Shown: in pieces, positions 30,701 through 40,649 of the stretch
Layout: each line of letters starts with the position of its first letter
Numbering within the stretch: the first letter of the stretch is position 1
Origin: a virus
Direction: 5' to 3' (one strand)
IMG/VR virus record: IMGVR_UViG_3300012920_009134
Coordinates: 35,732-99,731 of that record
Length of the DNA: 64,000 nt
The notes under the pieces: model-generated
What the model was told of the DNA's origin: nothing
What the model saw: the letters and a program-made list of their open reading frames with translations, nothing else
Databases searched by the model: none
Translations under genes and position numbers: made by a program

Positions 30701-33700
30701 CTGACTTTTTCTTTTCTTTTGAAAAGTCTATGTATGCAGCAATAACTGATGAAATGATAAACTTTTTTGGCGGCATTAACGACTTTAGCAACCTCATCGG
30801 CGCACCAGTAGAGAGATATAGACCTCACTACAAGAGGATGGCGAAACTGCGACAGACGTTCTTTAATAGAGTTGAAAATACACCAGACATAGAGAGATAT
30901 ATAGAGTATTACAAGTGGTTAGACTCTTCGCTGTCTGTGATGATTGACCAACTAGTACCTGCCTCAGTTGCAGCATCAGAAGATATTAGAAATGTAATTG
31001 AAAGTCACGCACTTGAGAGAAGCAAGTACTTCAACAAGTTTCCAACTATGGAGTTTAAGCAGTCAGATCCTTTGGGTCAAATTCGAGGCATTAATGAACT
31101 TCTTTACGATTGGCAGCACGGACACGCTTCAATAAACAAGGGCCCAAACGATAACTGCCTGTGGGCAAGGGAGCGAGCACAGAGAAGTACTGATCTTCAC
31201 GTTACCAGCAGCGGCAACCACGAAGAAACTACAATAGCAGTGGACAGAGATAGAGAGGTTATTAGAAGAATATCAATAACTTCTGTTTCGGGGTCTACAT
31301 ATGCAACAAGAAGATTGTCGAGACCGTATAGATTATCAGTAGAGGACCAAAGGCATCTTAAGGGTGGAGACAATTCTTTTGGTAATAAGAAGAAAAGACT
31401 TTTTACTGGTATTTCAACAGCAGGAAGATTATCACATATTGTAATAACAGGATCTGAAGCATCTGCTGATTCTTGTAAAGATCCTATACATCCAAGTAGA
31501 AAAAAGAAAGTACACGCTCCAGCAGATATTGCTTTTACCAGTAGGGACATGGATGTTAATGATATTGCACCATTCACTCTGTATAGTAGTTCTTTAGATC
31601 CGATATCGGGATATCAGGGACTGTTACACAGGGATTTTAAAAAGGGTGTTGATATAACAAACATCCACACAGATGAGTATGGTGACGACAGAGAAGTTAC
31701 ACTACAATCACCGTTTACTGAGAGGTGGGTTGGCGGAAATCAACATAGGCATCAAGACCTATCCGGATCGCTTCTGGGCAGTATTGAAGCAAAAAAGGAT
31801 GGGAGAAGCAGATTAGAAGCATTCAAGTTATTGGCAGAAGATGGTAAACTTTACGTACTGCCGCCCAATGCTGTTGATTTTACTTCAGATAAGCATCCGA
31901 TTATCGATCACACAATTCAAAGCGCTCAAATGCTGAGAGAAGATCTTGCAAAGAGACCTGTAAACATTAGAAACATCAGAACCACAACTGGCAGCATTTC
32001 TTTGGGCAACTTTAATCACCCTTATGATATTGTGCAGTATACATCTGAAGATCAAAGAAAAGACTTTCTTGTTGATAATGATCAACCATTAGCGCCCGTA
32101 AACTCTCTTGGTATCGCTGGCGTTCAAGAGACTGCAAAGTTTCCAAGACCTGGTAGAAAACATGTGTTTAACGCTCGATTCTCTGCTCCAGGCGGACCTG
32201 AAACCGCTGGTGACAGTCTTGGTGGACAGAACTTAGATAGAGCAACAAACCAGTATTCAGTGTATAACTCCTTGAACTATAGAAATCTAGCAACTCGTGG
32301 ACCACTAGATCAGTTAAGTATCATACCACAAACTGCAAGCACAGACTCTAATAGTCTTGTTACAAACCATAAAGTAAATGCTAATCCAAGATATCGAAGA
32401 AAGTTGGATAATAGCATGTATAATGGTGAAGTAGATGTGAATCAAGATAATGTTTTTGTAAGACACCCAATCCCACAAAACGATTACCAATATGCATGGA
32501 TTACTGCATCGCTCGCAACCGGTAGAGAACCTGTTGAGATCGCTGGTCACCTTCATTCTTTCACTCAGGCGTCAGTAGGAGATGCAACCGGGTCTCTCGC
32601 TTACGAAAGGACATACGAGTTTTTAACTGCAAGTAACAGAGAAGGGACTATACCGATTGATTTTGTTGGATTAAACACGCACATCCGTGATGATATAAAC
32701 GTCGTAACAAACACCGTCACTGCAGCAGAAACGTATGACCTTACCGGAACAATCCACCACAGACAAGGACCATATGGTTGGCCAAGTTGGAAACAAATCA
32801 GAGTAGGTGACTCTGCTCTTGGTAGGTATTTTAGAAAGAACAATCTATATTCTATTCCTGTCCTTGATAGGGGCAATGAAAATGTACAGTTGCAGTTTTC
32901 GACGCTTGGCAACTATAGTTGGCCTGATCAAATCGACCACCAGACAGCAACAGAATCGAGAGCGGTTGGTAATACAAACTATAGATTTACTGATCCGCCA
33001 GTATCATCTAATAGAAAACCGATTGCTCTTAGGGGCAACACGAGAAGACCGATGAGGTTGAGAAGGTCCCCAGTCGATTTTGGTATACCTAGAATTCCAA
33101 GCGTAATAATACCGGGACCCATTGTACCTTTCAAAAAGACATATACCTTTGCCAATAACATTGCAAGATTTGCAAACGATAAGTTGTCAAAGGTTCTTGG
33201 TATTGTCCCAATTCAGGAAGAAGTAAAAAGAAACTTCACTTCTGATGAACTTTTAAGTTTTGACTTTACAAAACCAAGTGCGGTGGCAGATTATTCAATA
33301 AATATTTTTCCAAAAGAAGAGAATACATATCTTAAAAAATCTAGAGAAAGATCTCAATACACTGCTGAAGATTTTTGGCGAGACAATAGAAAGGATAGAA
33401 CGCAACCAAACGTAAAGAATTCACAAGGATTTACAGTTCCAAGATTGTCAGTTTGGCCTCTAGATGGACCAGAAGATTTTAGTACTGTTTCTTTGAAGAG
33501 AACAGTTGATTCGTTAGGTACAGACGGTTCAGGTGAATTGCTTGCAAACTATTCTATATTTCACAACAATTTGACAAAACCAGTGCCAAGTGCGCTTTAT
33601 GCTAGACCGTTCCCAATGCAGTCAACATCGAGTTTACCACATCAGGGAGACTTCAAAAAGTTTAACTTAGCACTTAGTTATAATAGAAAATCTATATTTA

Positions 33701-36700
33701 GACAAGATTTTAAACTAGTTGCAGGTCAAAAAACTATAAATGTTAGTAGCGGTAACAACAGGCGCGGCCGCGGGGCAGCATTTCAGTTTGCAGTGCCAAA
33801 TAGTAATGGTTTCACGCAGGGTGGCACTGCAAACCAAAAAAATAAAATACCTCACGGATGGAGAAGTTATGTTGCTAATAATACACCAAGGACTATAGCA
33901 GACGCCACAACTGGACCTAGACTTGCTAACTTAAACGGATCTGCAACAAACCTAGAATATCCTCACGTAATCGCTTTGGTTGGAACGGACAACAATGCTA
34001 ACGCGCACTCAAATAAAGGAACGGTACCGCGTTCACAGATTCCCGGTGGTGACGGAACAACCTATAGCACTAATATCTGGCGTCACATAGAGACAACCGG
34101 ATCTGCGATTAGCGTCACAAAAGGTGCTGTTGTGCAGGTTCATATAAGGACAGGAAATCATGCATCGAATATAGATAGTTGGGGGATGTTAAAGGCTTCA
34201 AGTGACTTGTTTGTTCAGATTGGCACTGGCACCACTTGGACAACAATAGGAAAAGTTACGGCGTTTCAAAATCCAGAATGGGATTCTTGGCCGGACAACA
34301 AGTTTAGAAGATATGTGTTTGGTGTACCACCAAATGCCACTGCTGCTTTTGCTAGTGGCGTAGATCTTAGGTTCCTGCAAGCGTCAAGTCTCACTGCTGA
34401 TTTCAGGTCGGGTTGGTTGATTGCTATGCCAACTGTCTTTCATTGTCTTGAAGAGGTAGGTAACAATGAAGCGTTAAACGATCAATATAAGTTTGCGAAA
34501 GATTTTGTTGGACTTGCAGAGTTGGATACACCGGTAAAATCATATACATCAGCAAGAGTTCCGGCATCAAAACGAAGATATTATTCTCCACAAAATTTTG
34601 AACCCTCCTTATTGTCTTTGGGCGCTTTAGATAAATACGGTGACGAAATTGAACCAAGATTTTTTGGATCAGCAAAACACCATAGTGCATCGTCCATATC
34701 TTCAGATTATTTAGAAACTTATGATCAAATAGTAATGCAAGATGCTCAAAAGCAGTATGTGTCGTACTACCAAAAAGACGATAAAAAAGATCACCATCTG
34801 TATGGTTCGCAGTTCTTTAGGACGCCTGAGCACGCTTCTAGGAATCCTTTTAACTTTAGCAACTATGCCGACTTTAGAGAACAATCTAGATTGCTGGCAA
34901 AAGATTATGCACTGGTGCCAGAATTTAGAATTAGCGAGCACATGGATTTTTATCTCAACACTATTGGAGGTGAAGATCCGTTCTTTAGTTGTAATGATAC
35001 TTTTTTAAATATAACTGGTTCTGATGTAGAATCGCCCGATAATAGTGCTGTTGACAACTTTTATGAAGTCTACAGTCATACAGATTTTCTAAAACATTTT
35101 AGTGTTGTAGAGGATGAGTTTAGAGAGGTAAAAACTGTTAAACCAACAAAGTTAAAGTTGGAGTGTAGAGCGTTTAAGAAGTTCTTACCCTACAGAGGAT
35201 TGTATCCAGCAGACAGGATGACGCAATTGGCATCAGATTTCAGTTCATCTTATTCTGCTTTCATTACTGGCGGACACTTTAGAAATGTATTGGCACCTTA
35301 TTACGCACCTGGAATTGGATTTAACTCTATAAAATCTGGTCTTGCAGTCGACTATCCGATTATAGAACCTCATAAAGATAGAATTTATAATCAGTATGCT
35401 GTTATGTTTCAGTCAGCAAGTCTTGCAATCGATGAAAATTTTGGCAATGCTAATGGAGCAGGTCCTCACTCGAACGGAACAAGATCTGACGGAACTCCGT
35501 TAATCGCTGGCGCTGCTTCTACAAGTCCAAAACTATCTAGAAACAGAGTAGAGATAGGCAAACCAGCAGACTGGGCAAAGGTTATTTCTGGAAGTCTTGC
35601 ACCAGGCGGCCCTGGCGTATCTGGAAAGGCAATCACCGTTTCTTTGTGGATGTACTTTCCAAAGGTTTATAGTGGTCATGGATCACTCGACGGACACTCT
35701 CCAACTTCTATTGGACTCTATAGACAAAAAGGAAATATAATATCTTTTGGTGGATCCCGAAGAAACATCCCCCTCTTCGACGCGTATTGGAGGAGTGGTG
35801 TTAATTTTGGTTACTTTATCGGCGTGGATTCTATGGGTGGTAACTTTGATAGGCGAACGTATGATGCAAACTTATCTGTAGCAGGACACAATTCATCTCT
35901 TATGGTAGGCAAGGGTTTTACTAATGATAGGATGTATACCATAGGGTTTACTTGCACCGGCGGTGATGGCATCACCAACCTCGGTAGCACCGATGGTTTC
36001 TTTTCTTTTGTTCGAGTTTCGAACGCTTATAACTCTACAGAAGATTTGAAAGCAATACATCCAGGTTGGAATCACATATTATTATCCTTAGAGTTAGACA
36101 ATATTGGTATATCGTTTGCGGGACCTGGAAATACTAACGGATCAGTCAAAGGTTTTAATGCCTGGGTGAATGGAGAAAAATACACTGGCGCAGGCGTAAT
36201 AAAATGTAGTAGCGATTATTTTAACAATGGACAGTCAAATTTTACAAATACATCTTATCCGGTACTTGATGAGGGCACCAAAACAACAGGTGAAAATGAA
36301 GATTTTGTTTGTATTGGACAGAATGTCAAAGCAGTTGAGTACTACAATTCTGTTGCAACGGGATCTTTACTGTCACCAACCCATAGGCATATTAATTCAA
36401 CAGCGCTGCATTTGGAAGATTACATTTTCGATGATGGTACTATTGATGGCACGAATTCTGCGCACACAAGCAAACTTAATACTTACACAGATGCACGCAC
36501 TGTGGATGGTGATGCTATTGACATTAGTGATAATATTATGAATGATTTTGTGTATCCGGGTGAAAATATGATGTCAGAGGTAATCATACTAAACACACCC
36601 GGTACAGATCAAATGGCAAGAACTTTAAGTGGATACGTAAAAGGAACACCTGACTTTAGGGCGATGATACCAAAGGTATCTCCATTCGTGTTGGGACAAT

Positions 36701-39600
36701 CTGATAATCAAGAGTGGCAAGATTTGAGATTTTTTGATACCATAGGTGACACTCTTGGTCCTAGAAACCCATACACATGTTTACCAAGTACACAACACAG
36801 CAGAATCATAGGTTGGTACAGGATGGGCGGCGATAGTGGATATACCAATCACGCTATTAACAAGATGCATATGTTCAATCATGCGCAAGATCTGTTTAGT
36901 GGAAAAATACTGAACAATACGACTGGTAGTGCCGTAGCATTTAATCAATACAATATGCCGACAAAAGACAACCATCTATCGGGCGCATTTTACGGGTTCA
37001 CAGAATGGTCGGGATCCTTGACAAATGATCTAAAATATTCTGATAAGAAACGCCAGCGTTGGAACGGCATTGTAGATATTACAAATCCTTCACAATACAC
37101 CTGTAAGTACACAGCAGGTAATGCAGACTATGGAACCTATGTTGATCCTGGTGTGGATGATTACAGAACCTGGTATGGATCTATTGGAACTAGTATATAC
37201 TTTGAAGACACAACAACAACTCCTGAAAAACTCTTGGTTGATAATAATGAATTTTTAAGCAGTTCTTACATGACAGCAACAGGATCTGTAAGAATGCCCT
37301 CTTTCATAGTTGGCACTAAATCCAACTTCACGAATGATACGTCAATACCAAGAATCGGTTCGGCAAGTTATGGAACTTACAACTTCACAGGATCAGGTCC
37401 TATTGCAGACGATGAGTTGGGTTCACACGGTTGGTTAAATGATTATCAAGAATCAACAGGAGTTAGAAAGATTACAAGAGTGCCGTTTGAGGCAATCATA
37501 AAACCAGAAGAGTTTACGCCAGAAATGAAGGATGATGGAAAAATAGCATCTGCTTTATTTTACGAAGCGGAACCCCACCCCAGTTCTAGTTTGTTGGGAG
37601 CACTAACAAATACCTTGAGGTATGTTGGACAAAATGATCATAACCAACAAACTTTTAAATGGTCAGGAACTGATTATCAAGAAGTTTACAAGACAGATGA
37701 AAATTTTCATTTTGGTATACCAACTAAGTCAGGTTCATTGTTGACAGAGTTTGATTTAGGTTCTGCTAGATCAAGGGTAAGTAATAATGTTTACACCATG
37801 GCAGCAAGCAATTTTTATGCAGAAACTATTAACTTTTTTATTGCTAATAAAAAAGGAGTAACTATACGATCAAGTGATACTCCAAGTTTTATACCGGAAG
37901 TTGGAAAGACCTATCAAATGTCAATCGACTTAAACTCTGGTGTACTTGCTGCTCTCGGTGTAAAGACAGATAACCCAATGTATAACAACCCATCTGCATT
38001 TGGCATGCCCTTCGACGCAGGTAAATTTAGAAAACTGCACTCTGACGGCGTGTATTACCGCCGCGCCGCTGACCTTGTTGGGTATGGATTCTCTCCTTAC
38101 TTGCCACCACATTACGACGGACAGGCCAGAGCAGTATTTACTTTTACACCACAAGATGGACCAGCATATTCCACGATAGAGGGTATCTTGCAGGACACTG
38201 AAATATCTTATATTAGAAAAGTATCTGCTACTGGATCTATAATGACAAGATCAACAGGTTTTGCGTCTAATGAAGACGCAACAACTAACGAGGTTGTTCC
38301 GTCATATAATCGAAGATATGCAATGCATTTAAGTTCAAGTTTCAATGGACTGGACCAACAGAACACCAATTTAGTACAATCTTATGATTCGCAAGGTGAT
38401 CCTATTGCAGATAGAAAGTCGTTGGTTATTCAAACTAAATTTGAATGTCCTACCTTTGACTTTTCTAAGGTCGATGCTCATCAACCAAAGACTTTAGAAA
38501 CCATACAACACTTGCCAAGGGTGAAGGGTATCTGGCACCAAACAGGATCATTTAAATCTTTGGGTCGACCATTCGTCTCTGTAACCTCGCCAAGAAACAT
38601 AGAAGGTGTTGAAGATTTAGCTAAACTCCTTGACGTAAAGGTGGAAAGTGGATACGCTCGGGTTGGAGAAATGCCTAATAACTTAAAGGTTTATGAGGGC
38701 GTGATTGCTGTGCCTTTTAAAACATTAAATGGAGTTAGAAGTTATTACAACTTACCACCAGAAGAAGTTTATCAAGCAGTAAGAAATCTTGGATATTCCG
38801 ATTATAAACTAAAAACAGAAGAGGAAATAAGAAGATTTAGGGAAGTAGCAAACATTCTTGATGCAGCAGAAGCAAGTCGCTCAGGAGGCACAATACCGCA
38901 ACAAGATGCAACAAGAAGGGTCATTGATGACTTGCCAAGTACAATAAAGGTTAGACCCTCAATACAAAATATGGTTAGGTCTATGATGAGGTATAACATC
39001 CCACCTCAGTTTAACTTTTTAAAGTATAACGATCCAGATGGAAAATTTATTAGACCATTTGCAATGTATGTATTTGATTTTTCTGTTGTGTTACCAAAAG
39101 AAGATATCGCTAAAATCTGGCAAAACGTAACTCCCGATATCGGACTTGACATGTACGGTTCAAGAAACGGGTCCAGGAGTGTGATATCATCTCAGATAGT
39201 CGAGCATGATTTATTTAACTTGAATGACTTGTTGGATCCAACCGCAGAAGTTGTAACAGAGCAGATTCCAGGCATTGCTGGCACCACAACCGGTTATAGA
39301 ATTGAGGATTGGCGAGGTGGACTATCAGAAGATACTCAGTGGATGGTGTTTAAGGTAAAACAAAAAGCAGAAACAGATTACTTTAGAAAGAAAGAAATAG
39401 ACAGATTACCGGAAGGACATCCAGAACGAAACTTGTCTGTTGAGAATGATATTTTTAAGTACGGGTTCAACTGGCCATACGATTATTTTTCAATCGTAGA
39501 ACTAGTTAACTTGAATGCGTCTGTTTCTTTTACAAGCAAATCTGAAGTCATAGACGAAGAAACGGCAAGAATATTAAAAACCAGAAGGGATAATGAATGA
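27724..39600 (+). CDS. Giant 3958-aa baseplate wedge/adhesin protein (gp7-like segment plus several LamG/concanavalin-A domains)
   Basis: TVEFWLK..WHHYAFS..FVDG..GYLDEFRYWK (LamG); IFKSKGTEKSFRNLFRCFG (gp7/gpI-like KGT motif); further LamG-like units at about 29.7-30.3 kb and 35.6-36.8 kb. Confidence 0.7.
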   Translation: MSLKSLFGKDKKTTNISSLVSFEGALDDVESVGYIEQFIRDRKRYKTHTDYLTASNFCAYGSLEEYYRSGVDRIINTYPYDGSLKEKLQWFNDSSGFDLHLFENEYPRTNGYIQLGSGNWGDVSSTSGSYGNPLTKEYIFIKGGPNVGNVYATASHQTSNLEINGRTGNTVEFWLKKGSYETAKTSREVIFDNIASGSYESLSNAQYGRLTIELDNTDNTKSPFLLTYRSGSDGFSQQRVGATQLYASASDDSWHHYAFSFKNVNSKVRVSTFVDGVLNETIEVGTSIGARNNTMVASIGALVAAYDAAAASSDAPGQGHGKLSGYLDEFRYWKKERTAKDVGRFWFTQVGAGSNTDTANSSLGFYYKFNEGKVGKTNIDKRILDYSGRVSNGLWVGYTDTGRYNNSAMIEASASLSEFKDPIIYIEHPEVSSFRQDALERGYAYDLENASSMYYSYPDWIVDEDGQGSEDLKRVTQVVASYFDSLFLQIKDLGELRHIKYHDFEDKPYPFNNIKLESLGLVTPELFMDASNLNILANRDEDKDFKQDTADIKNFIYNNIYNNLESIFKSKGTEKSFRNLFRCFGIDNELIKINLYSTDSTYPIESSYQASSVKTKYVNFADAINKKGSVYQTKDGLEGEYRLVDARGFLKGTDGAVTDEDAIHIGFTTETQVFLPRLYSINHPFHFPTEISSSIFGCHRVVDENDDENLNWQSTATNDHSFQVYVAKEKLGSRTGRFVLKTRSGDFAAMESENIVDLYNSNRWNLAVRLANTAGAPVSGSTYEMQFYGVNTISDSINQSFYVAEAISEVDAKNFMKYSKRFYVGAENENFIGDMHYNSDVKVSNFRVWLDTLSNEEINAHAIDPRSYGLSSPSAHINPLQELGDAPTKRIDRLAINWDFSNLTGSTSNGDMWVTDVSSGSIEDQHTFGKLAPITRRLHPGKGINFASATTSSVDVEYDQAARLQTFENVKATDMVSILSNDDITFTRETKPTDFFFSFEKSMYAAITDEMINFFGGINDFSNLIGAPVERYRPHYKRMAKLRQTFFNRVENTPDIERYIEYYKWLDSSLSVMIDQLVPASVAASEDIRNVIESHALERSKYFNKFPTMEFKQSDPLGQIRGINELLYDWQHGHASINKGPNDNCLWARERAQRSTDLHVTSSGNHEETTIAVDRDREVIRRISITSVSGSTYATRRLSRPYRLSVEDQRHLKGGDNSFGNKKKRLFTGISTAGRLSHIVITGSEASADSCKDPIHPSRKKKVHAPADIAFTSRDMDVNDIAPFTLYSSSLDPISGYQGLLHRDFKKGVDITNIHTDEYGDDREVTLQSPFTERWVGGNQHRHQDLSGSLLGSIEAKKDGRSRLEAFKLLAEDGKLYVLPPNAVDFTSDKHPIIDHTIQSAQMLREDLAKRPVNIRNIRTTTGSISLGNFNHPYDIVQYTSEDQRKDFLVDNDQPLAPVNSLGIAGVQETAKFPRPGRKHVFNARFSAPGGPETAGDSLGGQNLDRATNQYSVYNSLNYRNLATRGPLDQLSIIPQTASTDSNSLVTNHKVNANPRYRRKLDNSMYNGEVDVNQDNVFVRHPIPQNDYQYAWITASLATGREPVEIAGHLHSFTQASVGDATGSLAYERTYEFLTASNREGTIPIDFVGLNTHIRDDINVVTNTVTAAETYDLTGTIHHRQGPYGWPSWKQIRVGDSALGRYFRKNNLYSIPVLDRGNENVQLQFSTLGNYSWPDQIDHQTATESRAVGNTNYRFTDPPVSSNRKPIALRGNTRRPMRLRRSPVDFGIPRIPSVIIPGPIVPFKKTYTFANNIARFANDKLSKVLGIVPIQEEVKRNFTSDELLSFDFTKPSAVADYSINIFPKEENTYLKKSRERSQYTAEDFWRDNRKDRTQPNVKNSQGFTVPRLSVWPLDGPEDFSTVSLKRTVDSLGTDGSGELLANYSIFHNNLTKPVPSALYARPFPMQSTSSLPHQGDFKKFNLALSYNRKSIFRQDFKLVAGQKTINVSSGNNRRGRGAAFQFAVPNSNGFTQGGTANQKNKIPHGWRSYVANNTPRTIADATTGPRLANLNGSATNLEYPHVIALVGTDNNANAHSNKGTVPRSQIPGGDGTTYSTNIWRHIETTGSAISVTKGAVVQVHIRTGNHASNIDSWGMLKASSDLFVQIGTGTTWTTIGKVTAFQNPEWDSWPDNKFRRYVFGVPPNATAAFASGVDLRFLQASSLTADFRSGWLIAMPTVFHCLEEVGNNEALNDQYKFAKDFVGLAELDTPVKSYTSARVPASKRRYYSPQNFEPSLLSLGALDKYGDEIEPRFFGSAKHHSASSISSDYLETYDQIVMQDAQKQYVSYYQKDDKKDHHLYGSQFFRTPEHASRNPFNFSNYADFREQSRLLAKDYALVPEFRISEHMDFYLNTIGGEDPFFSCNDTFLNITGSDVESPDNSAVDNFYEVYSHTDFLKHFSVVEDEFREVKTVKPTKLKLECRAFKKFLPYRGLYPADRMTQLASDFSSSYSAFITGGHFRNVLAPYYAPGIGFNSIKSGLAVDYPIIEPHKDRIYNQYAVMFQSASLAIDENFGNANGAGPHSNGTRSDGTPLIAGAASTSPKLSRNRVEIGKPADWAKVISGSLAPGGPGVSGKAITVSLWMYFPKVYSGHGSLDGHSPTSIGLYRQKGNIISFGGSRRNIPLFDAYWRSGVNFGYFIGVDSMGGNFDRRTYDANLSVAGHNSSLMVGKGFTNDRMYTIGFTCTGGDGITNLGSTDGFFSFVRVSNAYNSTEDLKAIHPGWNHILLSLELDNIGISFAGPGNTNGSVKGFNAWVNGEKYTGAGVIKCSSDYFNNGQSNFTNTSYPVLDEGTKTTGENEDFVCIGQNVKAVEYYNSVATGSLLSPTHRHINSTALHLEDYIFDDGTIDGTNSAHTSKLNTYTDARTVDGDAIDISDNIMNDFVYPGENMMSEVIILNTPGTDQMARTLSGYVKGTPDFRAMIPKVSPFVLGQSDNQEWQDLRFFDTIGDTLGPRNPYTCLPSTQHSRIIGWYRMGGDSGYTNHAINKMHMFNHAQDLFSGKILNNTTGSAVAFNQYNMPTKDNHLSGAFYGFTEWSGSLTNDLKYSDKKRQRWNGIVDITNPSQYTCKYTAGNADYGTYVDPGVDDYRTWYGSIGTSIYFEDTTTTPEKLLVDNNEFLSSSYMTATGSVRMPSFIVGTKSNFTNDTSIPRIGSASYGTYNFTGSGPIADDELGSHGWLNDYQESTGVRKITRVPFEAIIKPEEFTPEMKDDGKIASALFYEAEPHPSSSLLGALTNTLRYVGQNDHNQQTFKWSGTDYQEVYKTDENFHFGIPTKSGSLLTEFDLGSARSRVSNNVYTMAASNFYAETINFFIANKKGVTIRSSDTPSFIPEVGKTYQMSIDLNSGVLAALGVKTDNPMYNNPSAFGMPFDAGKFRKLHSDGVYYRRAADLVGYGFSPYLPPHYDGQARAVFTFTPQDGPAYSTIEGILQDTEISYIRKVSATGSIMTRSTGFASNEDATTNEVVPSYNRRYAMHLSSSFNGLDQQNTNLVQSYDSQGDPIADRKSLVIQTKFECPTFDFSKVDAHQPKTLETIQHLPRVKGIWHQTGSFKSLGRPFVSVTSPRNIEGVEDLAKLLDVKVESGYARVGEMPNNLKVYEGVIAVPFKTLNGVRSYYNLPPEEVYQAVRNLGYSDYKLKTEEEIRRFREVANILDAAEASRSGGTIPQQDATRRVIDDLPSTIKVRPSIQNMVRSMMRYNIPPQFNFLKYNDPDGKFIRPFAMYVFDFSVVLPKEDIAKIWQNVTPDIGLDMYGSRNGSRSVISSQIVEHDLFNLNDLLDPTAEVVTEQIPGIAGTTTGYRIEDWRGGLSEDTQWMVFKVKQKAETDYFRKKEIDRLPEGHPERNLSVENDIFKYGFNWPYDYFSIVELVNLNASVSFTSKSEVIDEETARILKTRRDNE

Positions 39601-40649
39601 CATTCTTTAACAAAAAAGAGGAAGTACTAGATGTTCAGTTGACTCAACTAGGAAAGTATCTTTTATCAAAAGGAAAACTAAAACCAAAATTTTACGTATT
39701 TTCTGACGATGAAGTTTTGTATGATGTTTCGTATGTTAATTCTGGCAAGGTAGAGGTTGCAAGAGATACCTCAAACAGAATCCAAAAAGAAACTCAAAGA
39801 ATGAAAGCACTCTATGAACATGATGGAGTGGAAACAAGGGTCAAGGCACTTAATGGGCATAAGGTTGAAAAACCAAGAGGTCATGGTTGGCAAGCAAGAA
39901 TAAGGGGTAGAACAGAGGAGATGCCGCTTGATCAAGCGTATGGCAACGATACTATAGAAGAAGAAAAGATGGGTTCTGATGACCGAAACCTAGTTAGAAA
40001 TTTTCTTGGAAACTCATCTGTTGGTGTTAGGGAGGTCCCAGCATGGGATATACAATCTCACTTTGATGGAGAAATACAGAGCGTTATCATTAGTTCTTCC
40101 TCTCCGAACGTAGGAATAAAAAGACCGGTTCTTAATTTCGAGGTAGATTATTCTGTTAACGGTTTTGAACTAAGTGTGGCAGATGACGATGATCAAATCA
40201 CACCAGAAGAATATCGAGATCAACTTGGGTTAGAAAAGAATGTAACATTTTTAGATAATTTTAAGGCATCAGTTGACAGTGATGCTATAGTTTTTAGTAT
40301 TGTAGAAGACAATGTGGACTATGATTTAACCAACTTTGAGTTTGAATTTTATGAAGTAGAAAAGATTGAGACAAACGAAAAGGCAAATAATGCTGAGACA
40401 GAACGTTTAAGAAGACTTTACTTTGCAGATAATGCTTTAGAGTCAAAGAAAGATCGATATATAGACCATTACTTTGAGGTAGAAACAGATGCCAGCGTCG
40501 CATCTTTTTATGGATTTGACATACATGGAACAAACAGAAGTAAGTTGATATCAGGACTAAACAAAGCGATAAATAAATTTAAAGATTCGACCGCAGGCAT
40601 TGATGATGCAAGCATATCTCTTGGTGACTTGGGTGAGGATTGTGACTGA
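39597..40649 (+). CDS. Virion structural protein; N-terminus paralogous to 47658..48656
   Basis: VLDVQLTQLGKYLLSKGKLKPKFYVFSDDEVLYD. Confidence 0.6.
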   Translation: MTFFNKKEEVLDVQLTQLGKYLLSKGKLKPKFYVFSDDEVLYDVSYVNSGKVEVARDTSNRIQKETQRMKALYEHDGVETRVKALNGHKVEKPRGHGWQARIRGRTEEMPLDQAYGNDTIEEEKMGSDDRNLVRNFLGNSSVGVREVPAWDIQSHFDGEIQSVIISSSSPNVGIKRPVLNFEVDYSVNGFELSVADDDDQITPEEYRDQLGLEKNVTFLDNFKASVDSDAIVFSIVEDNVDYDLTNFEFEFYEVEKIETNEKANNAETERLRRLYFADNALESKKDRYIDHYFEVETDASVASFYGFDIHGTNRSKLISGLNKAINKFKDSTAGIDDASISLGDLGEDCD

